Of a DNA stretch of 64,000 nucleotides, positions 46,886 through 55,693 are shown one piece after another (the first letter of the stretch is position 1; each line of letters begins with the position of its first letter). Where the stretch lies: the NCBI GenBank assembly GCA_902613615.1, contig CACMHQ010000003.1:128115-192114 (forward strand). The letters are read 5' to 3'. The notes beneath the pieces were generated by a model that was not told the DNA's origin, did not search any database, and saw only the letters and a list, made by a program, of their open reading frames with translations. The stretch is from an uncultured Candidatus Actinomarina sp. (lineage in GTDB: Bacteria > Actinomycetota > Acidimicrobiia > Actinomarinales > Actinomarinaceae). Position numbers and translations under genes: made by a program.

Positions 46886-47566
46886 ATGACATCACTAACA
46901 GTTATTGTTCCAGTATTTAACGAAGAACAAACAGTGCAGGAATCTTTATCAAGATTAGATTCTGTTGATATAGTCTCAAAAATATTAATTGTTGACGACT
47001 GCTCAACAGATAATTCAAATAGATTAATTCAGGAGTTTATTCAAGATAAGAAAAAATATTTATTATTAAAAACTCTTAATAACTCTGGTAAAGGTAAAGC
47101 AATAGAAACAGCACAAAAGTATATAGAAACAGACTACCTTGCAATTCATGACGCAGACCTAGAGTATTTTCCAGAAGACTTTTATAGTATGTATGAAAAA
47201 ATAGATAATAATAATTTAGTTCTTGGTTCAAGATTTATTGGGAGCTTAACAAGAAACAACCTTTATAGTCGTACTCTATTTGCAAATTATTTCTTGTCTA
47301 AATTATTCTCTTTAATTTATAGAAACAAAGTTACTGATGTTGCCTCCTGTTATAAAATGATGCCAAAAGATTTTTTTAAAAAAATTAAAATTGAAAGTTC
47401 TGGGTTTGAGTTTGAAATTGAAGTATTAGCAAAATATTTAAACGATAATACTAAAATTACAGAGGTACCTATTCATTACAATGGAAGATCCTATGCGGAG
47501 GGAAAGAAGATAAAACCTATCGATGGTCTCAAATATATATATTGGATGTTGAAGTGTAAAGAATGA
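46886..47566 (+). CDS. GT2 polyprenol-phosphate glycosyltransferase (DPM1-like)
   Basis: LTVIVPVFNEEQTVQESL...ILIVDDCSTDNS, HDADLEY (DXD) and TDVASCYKM blocks. Confidence 0.7.
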   Translation: MTSLTVIVPVFNEEQTVQESLSRLDSVDIVSKILIVDDCSTDNSNRLIQEFIQDKKKYLLLKTLNNSGKGKAIETAQKYIETDYLAIHDADLEYFPEDFYSMYEKIDNNNLVLGSRFIGSLTRNNLYSRTLFANYFLSKLFSLIYRNKVTDVASCYKMMPKDFFKKIKIESSGFEFEIEVLAKYLNDNTKITEVPIHYNGRSYAEGKKIKPIDGLKYIYWMLKCKE

Positions 47567-48279
47567 AAAATTTAGTAGTTATTCCAACATACAACGAAGC
47601 AGATAATATTTTATTACTTCTTTCTGAAGTTCTTTTATTAGATGTAGATGTCCTGGTTGTAGATGACAATTCTCCAGATGGCACACAAAAATTAATTTTG
47701 GAACATGATTTATTTGGTAAAAGGATCTTTATTTTACAAAGAGAAACTAAATTGGGGCTAGGTTCTGCATATAGAGAAGGTTTTCAATGGGGAATAGAAA
47801 ATAAATACCATAATATGATTCAAATGGATGCAGATTTTTCTCATCAAGTATCTGATTTAAAAAAATTAATTGATGAAAAAAAAGATAGTGATGTTGTTAT
47901 TGGAAGTAGATATATAAAAAGTGGAAAGATTGACGGTTGGAGCAATAATCGTTATCTCTTATCTCTTTTTGCAAATAAATATTCTAGATTTTTAACGTTT
48001 AGTAAAATTCATGATATGACAAGTGGATTTAGAATATATACATTGAATGCACTAAATCAAATTGATTTCAAGTCAACAAAAAGCAATGGTTATGCCTTTC
48101 AAATTGAAATGACAGTTTTATCTCTAATTGCAAAATTAAATATTGTTGAAATTCCAATAACTTTTAATGAGAGAAGAGAAGGCAGTTCTAAGATGAGTTT
48201 GGGTATTGTTGTTGAAGCTTTTCCTAAAGTTATTTTATTGTGTATTAAGAGGATTGTTAGTTTCTTAACTACAACCTAA
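47563..48279 (+). CDS. Polyprenol/dolichol-phosphate mannosyltransferase-like GT2 (Ppm1/DPM1 type)
   Basis: LVVIPTYNEADNILLL...VLVVDDNSPDGT, QMDADFSH, VVIGSRY, DMTSGFR, and the typical NGYAFQIEM block. Confidence 0.8.
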   Translation: MKNLVVIPTYNEADNILLLLSEVLLLDVDVLVVDDNSPDGTQKLILEHDLFGKRIFILQRETKLGLGSAYREGFQWGIENKYHNMIQMDADFSHQVSDLKKLIDEKKDSDVVIGSRYIKSGKIDGWSNNRYLLSLFANKYSRFLTFSKIHDMTSGFRIYTLNALNQIDFKSTKSNGYAFQIEMTVLSLIAKLNIVEIPITFNERREGSSKMSLGIVVEAFPKVILLCIKRIVSFLTTT

Positions 48280-51200
48280 AGAGTTTCCACAGTTTAAACA
48301 TTTGTAACAAGACCCATTTCTTATGGTTATGTGACCACAATCAGGGCAAGCAGGTGCATCCCCCATCATGTCGCCAAGTACCTCTTGTACTGTTGTGACA
48401 GAATTTGAAGTAGTCTGTGTTTCTTCCAAAGGTTCTATCTCTTTAAGTTTTGTAACAAACTGTACTTCTTTTGCTTCATTTGAAACTTCTGTTTCTTTTG
48501 AACTGCTTGGAGATTCAGTTTCCTTTACCTCTACCACTGGTTCAGATACTTCCTCATTTGGTGCTGAAGAAGTTTCTTGAGCTGGTGCTGGAGAAGATTC
48601 TTGAGCTGGAGCTGGAGAAGATTCTTCAGGTGGATTCTGTACAATATCAGTTCTGTTTAAATATTCTAAACCTAGGGCTCTAAAGACATAATCAACAATA
48701 GAGTTACTCATTTTTATATTTTCATGTCCTTCAACCATTCCACGTGGTTCAAATGTTTGAAAAGTGAAGGTATCCACAAATTCTTCTAATGGAACACCAT
48801 ATTGAAGACCTTTAGATACAGCGATAGCAAAACATCCAAGGACTCCTTTAAGTGTTGCACCTTCTTTTGCAATGTCTATGAACACTTCACCAAGTGTTCC
48901 GTCTGGATATTCTCCAGTTCTAAGATATACTTTATGGCCTGCAATTCTTGCTTCTTGAGTCCACCCTTCTCTTCTTTCAGGTAACAAGAATCTTGGTCTT
49001 GTTGTGCCAGCATAAGCTCTTGTAGGGCTTGTTCCTGCAGGATAATTCCCATGCATTAACATTGATTCACTTTCGATGATTTCTGAGACTTGAGGATCAG
49101 TTTCTTCTGATTCACCATCGTCTGAAGAGGCAGACAATGGCTGAGATGCTTTAGATCCATCTCTATAAATTGCTATTGCTTTAATACCAAGACCTGCAGA
49201 TTCGAAATAGCAGTTTTCTATATCTTCTATTGTTGCTTCGTTGGGCATATTTACAGTTTTTGAAATTGCACCAGAAATAAATGGCTGTGCTGCGGCCATC
49301 ATTCTAACGTGACCCATGTAGTGAATAAATCTCTCACCATCATTTCCACATTTGTTAGCACAATCAAATACACTAAGATCCTCATCTTTTAGATGTGGAG
49401 CTCCCTCGATTGTTTGAGTTCCACAAATAAATTTGTTTGCTTCTGATATTTCAGTCTTTGTAAATCCTAGTTTTTCTAAAAGATTGAAATCAAAAGATGT
49501 ATATTCTTCTTCTTGGATATCAAGTCTTTGCATTGTTTCTTCACCAACAACAAATACATTAAATGCATGTTGTATTTCAAATGCACCTGGTAAAGAATTT
49601 TCAATATTTTCAATGTCTTGATCATTCAAACCTTTATCTTTAAGTGTTTCTTTATTAACAAATGGAGCACCATCTAGTGACATTGATCCAATGACATATT
49701 GAATTATTTCCTCACTTTGTTGATCAGTGTAACCGAGTGCGTTCAATGCTGGACCAATTGACTGGTTTGCTATCTTCATATAACCACCACCAGCTAGTTT
49801 CTTAAATTTCATTAAAGCAAAGTCTGGTTCTACACCTGTGGTATCACAATCCATGAGCAAACCAATTGTTCCAGTTGGAGCTAATACGGTAGCTTGTGCA
49901 TTTCTATATCCATGTTTCTCACCAAGTTCAAGGGCTCCATCCCATGACTCTTGTGCACCTTTGAGTAAATCATCGGGACACAAGTCTTGATCTATTGGTA
50001 GTAAATCATGACTGATTCCAACATAATCACTAGAATCATAAGCTGCTTTTCTGTGGTTGCCCATAACACGAAGCATATTGTCTTTGTTTTCTGAATATTT
50101 TGGAAATGGTCCTACTATGCTTGCCATTTCTGCTGAGGCTTTATATGCTTCACCAGTTAACATTGCTGTTAAAGCACCTGCAATAGCTCTACCTAATTCT
50201 GAGTCATACGCAATACCTTTTCTCATCAATAGGGATCCAAGGTTTGCATATCCCAAACCAAGTGTTCTGTAGTCATAAGATCCTTGAGCAATTTCTTTTG
50301 AAGGAAACTGGGCCATTTCAACGGATATTTCAAGGACTACAGTCCAGATTCTTAGTGCATGCTTATATGATGCAACATCAAATACCTGGTTATCATCATC
50401 ATAAAATTTAACTAAGTTCAAACTTGCTAAGTTACAGGCAGTATTGTCTAAAAATAAGTATTCAGAGCATGGATTTGATGCTCTAATTTGTCCACCTGCT
50501 GGGGAAGTGTGCCACTCATTAATGGTTGTGTTGAATTGAACACCAGGATCTGCACATCTCCAAGCAGCATCTGCTATTTTATTCCATAATTCTCTTGCTT
50601 TTACAGTTTTCATTGTTGAACCATCTGTTCTTGCTGTAAGTTCCCAATCTCCATCTGTCTCGAGTGCTTTTATGAATTCATTTGGTACTCTTACAGAGTT
50701 ATTTGAGTTTTGACCAGAAACAGTAGCATATGCTTCGCCGTTGTAGTCTGATGGATACCCAGCATTGATTAGCGCTCTCGCCTTATCTTCTTCAATAGCT
50801 TTCCACTCAATAAAATCTTCAATATCTGGATGGTCAAGATCAAGAATAACCATTTTTGCAGCTCTTCTTGTTGTTCCACCTGATTTAATTGCACCAGCAG
50901 CTCTGTCTCCTATTTTTAGGAATGACATCACACCTGAGGAAACACCACCACCAGAAAGTTTTTCTCCCTCACCTCTTAGGTTTGAAAAGTTTGTACCTGT
51001 ACCAGATCCAAACTTAAATAATCTTGCCTCTTTTACCCAAAGATCCATAATTCCACCCTCGTTGACAAGATCATCATCAATAGATTGAATGAAACAAGCA
51101 TGCGGCTGTGGTCTTGAGTAAGAGTCTTCCCCTGGCGTTAATTCACCTGTACTTGGATCAACATACCAAAATCCTTGTGGTTTCCCAGTTAATCCATATT

Positions 51201-51657
51201 TGTAATTTAGACCTGTGTTAAACCACTGTGGACTGTTTGGAGCTGCCATCTGGGTTGCAAGCATATACTTTAATTCATCTTCAAAAGCCTGAGCATCTTC
51301 TGTTGATGCAAAATATCCAGTCCCTTCACCCCAGTGTCTCCATGTCTCTGCAAGTCGGTTGAATACCTGCTTTGATGATGTTTCAGGACCTAGAACTACA
51401 TCACCATTATCATCTTTGAGTTCATTTCCGTTTTCATCTGTCTGAGGAACACCAGCTTTTCTAAAATATTTTGAAACCATTATGTCAGTAGCAACTTGAG
51501 ACCAGGTTGAAGGGATCTCAACATCATTCATTTCGAAAACCACTGAACCATCTGGGTTAGTAATCTTTGAACTTCTCTTTTCCCAGACTATGTCTTTGTA
51601 AGGATCACCAGGTGAGGTATATTTCCTATTTATCTTGAGCCCTGTATTTTTTGCCAC
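48265..51657 (-). CDS. nrdJ: Class II (adenosylcobalamin-dependent) ribonucleotide reductase with a low-complexity spacer and a C-terminal zinc ribbon
   Basis: Active-site blocks SNPCSEYLFLDNTACNLASLNL and TVLAPTGTIGLLMDCDTTGVEPDF. The C-terminus is CPDCGHITIRNGSCYKCLNCG. GTG start with AAGGAG 5 nt upstream. Confidence 0.9.
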   Translation of the reverse strand: MAKNTGLKINRKYTSPGDPYKDIVWEKRSSKITNPDGSVVFEMNDVEIPSTWSQVATDIMVSKYFRKAGVPQTDENGNELKDDNGDVVLGPETSSKQVFNRLAETWRHWGEGTGYFASTEDAQAFEDELKYMLATQMAAPNSPQWFNTGLNYKYGLTGKPQGFWYVDPSTGELTPGEDSYSRPQPHACFIQSIDDDLVNEGGIMDLWVKEARLFKFGSGTGTNFSNLRGEGEKLSGGGVSSGVMSFLKIGDRAAGAIKSGGTTRRAAKMVILDLDHPDIEDFIEWKAIEEDKARALINAGYPSDYNGEAYATVSGQNSNNSVRVPNEFIKALETDGDWELTARTDGSTMKTVKARELWNKIADAAWRCADPGVQFNTTINEWHTSPAGGQIRASNPCSEYLFLDNTACNLASLNLVKFYDDDNQVFDVASYKHALRIWTVVLEISVEMAQFPSKEIAQGSYDYRTLGLGYANLGSLLMRKGIAYDSELGRAIAGALTAMLTGEAYKASAEMASIVGPFPKYSENKDNMLRVMGNHRKAAYDSSDYVGISHDLLPIDQDLCPDDLLKGAQESWDGALELGEKHGYRNAQATVLAPTGTIGLLMDCDTTGVEPDFALMKFKKLAGGGYMKIANQSIGPALNALGYTDQQSEEIIQYVIGSMSLDGAPFVNKETLKDKGLNDQDIENIENSLPGAFEIQHAFNVFVVGEETMQRLDIQEEEYTSFDFNLLEKLGFTKTEISEANKFICGTQTIEGAPHLKDEDLSVFDCANKCGNDGERFIHYMGHVRMMAAAQPFISGAISKTVNMPNEATIEDIENCYFESAGLGIKAIAIYRDGSKASQPLSASSDDGESEETDPQVSEIIESESMLMHGNYPAGTSPTRAYAGTTRPRFLLPERREGWTQEARIAGHKVYLRTGEYPDGTLGEVFIDIAKEGATLKGVLGCFAIAVSKGLQYGVPLEEFVDTFTFQTFEPRGMVEGHENIKMSNSIVDYVFRALGLEYLNRTDIVQNPPEESSPAPAQESSPAPAQETSSAPNEEVSEPVVEVKETESPSSSKETEVSNEAKEVQFVTKLKEIEPLEETQTTSNSVTTVQEVLGDMMGDAPACPDCGHITIRNGSCYKCLNCGNSLGCS
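48576..48623 (-). repeat. In-frame 24-bp tandem repeat inside nrdJ (ESSPAPAQ x2, plus a degenerate third unit)
   Basis: CTTGAGCTGGTGCTGGAGAAGATT / CTTGAGCTGGAGCTGGAGAAGATT are adjacent (1 mismatch). The protein reads PPEESSPAPAQESSPAPAQETSSAPNEE. Confidence 0.85.
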
Positions 51658-51672
51658 AATATCTCCTTTTTA

Positions 51673-51719
51673 TAACTAAATGTAGTATATGCCACTGTTT
51701 TTGACACTAAATATAGTGT
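51673..51719 (-). promoter_or_regulatory. Tandem NrdR boxes upstream of nrdJ
   Basis: ACACTAAATATAGTGT (51704-51719) and TAACTAAATGTAGTAT (51673-51688) both fit the 16-bp NrdR-box palindrome (acaCwAtATaTwGtgt). Their centres are 31 bp apart, which is the characteristic tandem spacing. Confidence 0.65.
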
Positions 51720-51783
51720 TTTTTAATTATATACAAATCGCTTTAGTTTTCAAGCATATCTAGGTAAAATTTTCGCGAGGATA

Positions 51784-52527
51784 ATGTTACAAACCCAACT
51801 TAGATACATCCAGACAGTTCTTACTTTTGGAATTTTTATAACAATTTTTTTAAACAATGAAAATCTAATTATCTCTTGTTTCGTTGGTTTAATTTTAGCT
51901 TGGCAATTAGAGCTACTTGCATGTGAGTTACGGACAACCAGTAATGAATTTATACTAATTCTTCTATTACTCATCACCTCTTTTTCTCCTGTTGCGACAA
52001 TATTTTTTGAAATTAGCGAAATAAAGAATATGATCTTTTTGATTTCGATCCTGATAGGCATTTTTTATCTTACTTTTAAAGATATAAGTATTTCTACATT
52101 CGGAAATGCTTATTTAGTGACATTTATTTCTTTTTTTCTAGTTTCTTTTTTTGTTTCAAAAACGTTCAGTGAAAATTTAGATTTTCTAACTTTTTTGTTT
52201 CTAATACTTTTTTTTATAAAAACTTTGGCAACTTTTTTCAATATACAATTTAGCAATTATCAATATTTCTTTAATTTTTTTGCATCGTTTTTTGTTGTTT
52301 CAACAGTTAGTTTGTTCTCTGGCTTCACCATTCAGTATGTTTTGATTGCAGCAGGATTAATATCAATTTTTACAGTGATAATGAATTTTCTCTTTCAGAG
52401 AAACAGAAGAGAATATAAATATTTTTCAACACTCACGACCCAAATCTATCTTTATGATTATTTAGTTTCTTTTTTATTTGCTTTGTATTTTGTAGATGTA
52501 TTAAATCTCATTAATGGATTATTCTAG
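51784..52527 (+). CDS. Polytopic membrane protein, function unknown
   Basis: 247 aa with about 7 hydrophobic helices, divergent from nrdJ. No motif recognised. Confidence 0.4.
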   Translation: MLQTQLRYIQTVLTFGIFITIFLNNENLIISCFVGLILAWQLELLACELRTTSNEFILILLLLITSFSPVATIFFEISEIKNMIFLISILIGIFYLTFKDISISTFGNAYLVTFISFFLVSFFVSKTFSENLDFLTFLFLILFFIKTLATFFNIQFSNYQYFFNFFASFFVVSTVSLFSGFTIQYVLIAAGLISIFTVIMNFLFQRNRREYKYFSTLTTQIYLYDYLVSFLFALYFVDVLNLINGLF

Positions 52528-52532
52528 AATCT

Positions 52533-53354
52533 GTGGTTAAAGACTTAGTAGCAAACTCTCCATTTATTGATATCGGGTTCACACAATCTGGTGCAAAATT
52601 AAACAATTCACAATCAGAAGCTATTTTTGATTACTACAAGTTAGAGTCAAACACTCTTGAATTTCAAATTGATAGAGATTTTACCGACTATCGAATTACA
52701 CCCTACTTTTCTGAAGACCAAATCAAGGACTTGAAAATAGAGTATTTTCAACTTGATTCTCTTAGTTACTTTCAGATTTCTCAATTCTTAAACCAAAACA
52801 CTTTTAACTCCATTGAAATTGTCAAAAGTGATATATCTGTATACCTTGAGCTTCCTGAAAGTTATGAAATATACCTAAGTACTCTATCTAAAAAAAATAG
52901 ACATGAGCTAAAGAGAAAAAAAAGGATATTTAATGATAAATTTGGAGATATCTCTTTTGAAAAAAGTAAAAATAGTGATATTTTTGATGAATTTGTAAGA
53001 TTACACAAGAAGTCCACAGGTGTAAAAGGGAAGTATATGACTGAAACAGTTGAGGATTTCTATAGATCACTAATCGAACAAGAAAATTGGTATATATATT
53101 ATATAAACTATAAAGATTCTATGATTTCCTCAGCTTTTGTATACGAGTCAGAAATCGTAGATTATCTTTATAACTCATGCAGAGATCATTCTTTAGAAGA
53201 ATTTAATACGGGGACTTATTTAAATGATCAATTATTGCAAAACAGTATCAAAAATAAAAAAAAATATTTTGATTATTTAAAGGGTGAGGAAAAATATAAA
53301 TTTAATTTTGGTGGTCAAGTACATCAATTATATGATCTAAAAATTAAAGTATGA
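52533..53354 (+). CDS. GNAT/FemAB-type (CelD-like) acyltransferase-like protein
   Basis: GTG start. LSKKNRHELKRKKR followed by a C-terminal NSCRD...EFNTGTYLNDQLL block, as in CelD/BcsL-like GNAT proteins. The stop overlaps the mshA start. Confidence 0.4.
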   Translation: MVKDLVANSPFIDIGFTQSGAKLNNSQSEAIFDYYKLESNTLEFQIDRDFTDYRITPYFSEDQIKDLKIEYFQLDSLSYFQISQFLNQNTFNSIEIVKSDISVYLELPESYEIYLSTLSKKNRHELKRKKRIFNDKFGDISFEKSKNSDIFDEFVRLHKKSTGVKGKYMTETVEDFYRSLIEQENWYIYYINYKDSMISSAFVYESEIVDYLYNSCRDHSLEEFNTGTYLNDQLLQNSIKNKKKYFDYLKGEEKYKFNFGGQVHQLYDLKIKV

Positions 53355-54484
53355 ATATTCTTCAGCTTGCATTTCACACCTCTCCTTTTAATGAAGTAGG
53401 AAAGAACGATGGCGGAGGTATGAGTATTTATGTTCAACAAATTTCAAGACATTTATCTTATAACCACAATGTAACTGTTGTAACAGGTGAAAAAGCAGAA
53501 AGCTTCAAAGATAACAATCTTGAATTTATTTCATTAAACATATTTGAACCTGAACTTAATGTCGAAGACAAAGAAGTGTACTTACAAGAATTTAAAAATA
53601 AACTTGAAGAATCTTTAGACCTAAAAAGCTTTGATATAATTCATGCACACTATTGGTTGTCAGGTCTTGTTGCAAAAGAGATTTCAAATCAATTAAAAAT
53701 ACCTTTTATTTTTACATCACATAGTTTGGGGGTTTTTCTAGATGGTTACAACAAAGAACGAGTGGATTGTGAAAAAATTGTTATGACCTCATCCAATTTA
53801 GTTACTGCTTCTTCAGTTTTTGAAACTATGTTAATTACTGATACATACAAAGTTGATGAGAATAAAATTAGAAAAATTACTCCAGGAGTTGATAGAGAAT
53901 TATTTTCTCCTGACTTATCTGTAAAAAAAGAAAATATCTTTTTATCAATCGGCAGAATACAAGAACAAAAAAGACAACTTGAAACTTTAGAATTTTTAAA
54001 TAATTTTAAAAAAATTGAAAATGATTTTAAATGTATTTTTATTGGGGGACCTAGCGGGAAGTACGGAAATGAATATTTAGATAATCTTAAACAAACAGTA
54101 GAAGATTTTAATTTAGATAAACATGTTAAGTTCTTGGATAGTCTTCCTCAAACAAAAATTATAGAACTACTAAATAAATCAAAATTATTGATTCACACTT
54201 CACAATTTGAAACTTTTGGGCTTGTTGCGATTGAGGCAAACACAATGGGGGTACCTGTTCTTACAACTAATAATGGATCGTTAATGGAAATTATTGAAAA
54301 CAATAAGAATGGTTATTTATCAGAGAAATTAATAGATGGAAATGTAAATAATTTTGTTAAAAACTTAATAAATGATGAAAAAAAATTTAAAGAAGTTATG
54401 AATTACTGTTTTGAAAAATCAAAAAAATATAGTTGGATAAAAACTACAGATAATTTAGATAGTTTTTATCGTTCTTTAATCTAA
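53351..54484 (+). CDS. mshA: GT4 glycosyltransferase, MshA-type (D-inositol-3-phosphate glycosyltransferase-like)
   Basis: The N-terminus LAFHTSPFNEVGKNDGGGMSIYVQQISRHL matches the MshA signature (HTSPL..PG..D.GGMNVYV). AHYWLSG and the C-terminal SQFETFGLVAIEANTMGVPV (E-x7-E) are also present. Confidence 0.65.
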   Translation: MNILQLAFHTSPFNEVGKNDGGGMSIYVQQISRHLSYNHNVTVVTGEKAESFKDNNLEFISLNIFEPELNVEDKEVYLQEFKNKLEESLDLKSFDIIHAHYWLSGLVAKEISNQLKIPFIFTSHSLGVFLDGYNKERVDCEKIVMTSSNLVTASSVFETMLITDTYKVDENKIRKITPGVDRELFSPDLSVKKENIFLSIGRIQEQKRQLETLEFLNNFKKIENDFKCIFIGGPSGKYGNEYLDNLKQTVEDFNLDKHVKFLDSLPQTKIIELLNKSKLLIHTSQFETFGLVAIEANTMGVPVLTTNNGSLMEIIENNKNGYLSEKLIDGNVNNFVKNLINDEKKFKEVMNYCFEKSKKYSWIKTTDNLDSFYRSLI

Positions 54485-55693
54485 TGAATTTAGAAAGGTT
54501 TTGATAGCTTGTTGATACTCATCTGGATCAGCATTCCACGCAGTCACATGTCCTACATTTTCATATCTTTTGTATGTGTATTTGTAACTCCTGTTTGAAG
54601 CAATAAAATCAGACATTGAAACTGGAACCCATTCATCATCGTCACCATGAAACAACAAAGCAGGAATTTGTGAATCAATTAAGTCATATCTAAAGTCCAT
54701 TGAATCAAAATCTACGCCGTATCTTATTTCAGTAAACAACTTAAAGTAACTAAATAATGTGGAGGGAACCCATGGAAAGCGTGACTCACCATTAATTTCT
54801 ACACTTTCCCAAAAACTTATCACTGGAGCTTCATAAATTAAACCTGATACTTTACTTTGATTGTCCGCATTACCTAGCCATGAAGAACAAGGACCTCCTC
54901 CGCCACTAATACAAAATAAAACAATATTATCAGTTAACGTCCGAGCCTTTTCGATAGCAGAATCAAGATCTTTCCATTCTGTTACACCGTATTGAAAAAT
55001 TCCCGAAGGGTCTTTGGGTAGCCCCCTATCATTTCTGTATGAAATAATCATCGATCTGTATCCATACTCAGCAAACTCTCTACTACGTACCATAGCAAAG
55101 ACTTCTCTTTTGTAATCACCTCTAAATCCATGGACAAAAATTACAATTCCATTATCTCCATTACTTGTTAAGTACGCTGGGAAATCTCCAAGTTCAGATT
55201 TGTATGTTACAGTTTCAAAATCTAAGTCAGAAACTGATTTTGGAGTGTACACACCTTCTGATACTTGCCCTGACCAACTGTTTGAACCTAAAATTTTATA
55301 TTTATTTATATCTTCATCTTTTACAATTAGTGCAGTGTCTCTTATAAGATCTCCCTTAACCAAAGTTCCATTAATTTGTAGAAGTTTTCTGGTAACTAAA
55401 TTTTCATTGACTGATAAAATCTCGCCTACAACTGCATCTCCATTTTGACCAATAATTCCATACAACCCATTTTCATAAAGATAGCCCCATTGTTCTTCTT
55501 CAATATTAAAGGTTATACTTGAAGAATTTACAGAATCAATTTTTACTCTATCTTCTGCAGTCCCAACATTTCCTGAGTCAGTAAATTCTGGATTTAAACC
55601 TACACTGTATATTATCCCTGAAAAGTACCACCCTGCACCAAACATCAAAACAATAAAAATGGAAAATATAAAATAAAGTAACTTTTTCATCAA
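54476..55693 (-). CDS. Membrane-anchored alpha/beta hydrolase
   Basis: An N-terminal TM helix, a roughly 170-aa beta-rich spacer, then IFVHGFRGD, an FCISGGGG nucleophile-elbow-like block, and HGDDDEWVP...GH. Confidence 0.55.
   Translation of the reverse strand: MMKKLLYFIFSIFIVLMFGAGWYFSGIIYSVGLNPEFTDSGNVGTAEDRVKIDSVNSSSITFNIEEEQWGYLYENGLYGIIGQNGDAVVGEILSVNENLVTRKLLQINGTLVKGDLIRDTALIVKDEDINKYKILGSNSWSGQVSEGVYTPKSVSDLDFETVTYKSELGDFPAYLTSNGDNGIVIFVHGFRGDYKREVFAMVRSREFAEYGYRSMIISYRNDRGLPKDPSGIFQYGVTEWKDLDSAIEKARTLTDNIVLFCISGGGGPCSSWLGNADNQSKVSGLIYEAPVISFWESVEINGESRFPWVPSTLFSYFKLFTEIRYGVDFDSMDFRYDLIDSQIPALLFHGDDDEWVPVSMSDFIASNRSYKYTYKRYENVGHVTAWNADPDEYQQAIKTFLNSLD

Noticed and set aside
48368-51088. 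Six plus-strand ORFs of 60-107 aa inside nrdJ (48368, 48471, 48802, 49433, 50057, 50765).
   Set aside because: They lie entirely antisense to a confidently identified 1130-aa CDS. Their products are low-complexity S/L/F-rich, and no RBS is evident. They are shadow ORFs.
51658-51783. A possible cobalamin riboswitch upstream of the B12-dependent nrdJ.
   Set aside because: The leader is only about 15-60 nt before the NrdR boxes. That is far too short for the ~200-nt riboswitch, and no B12-box-like conserved core is visible.
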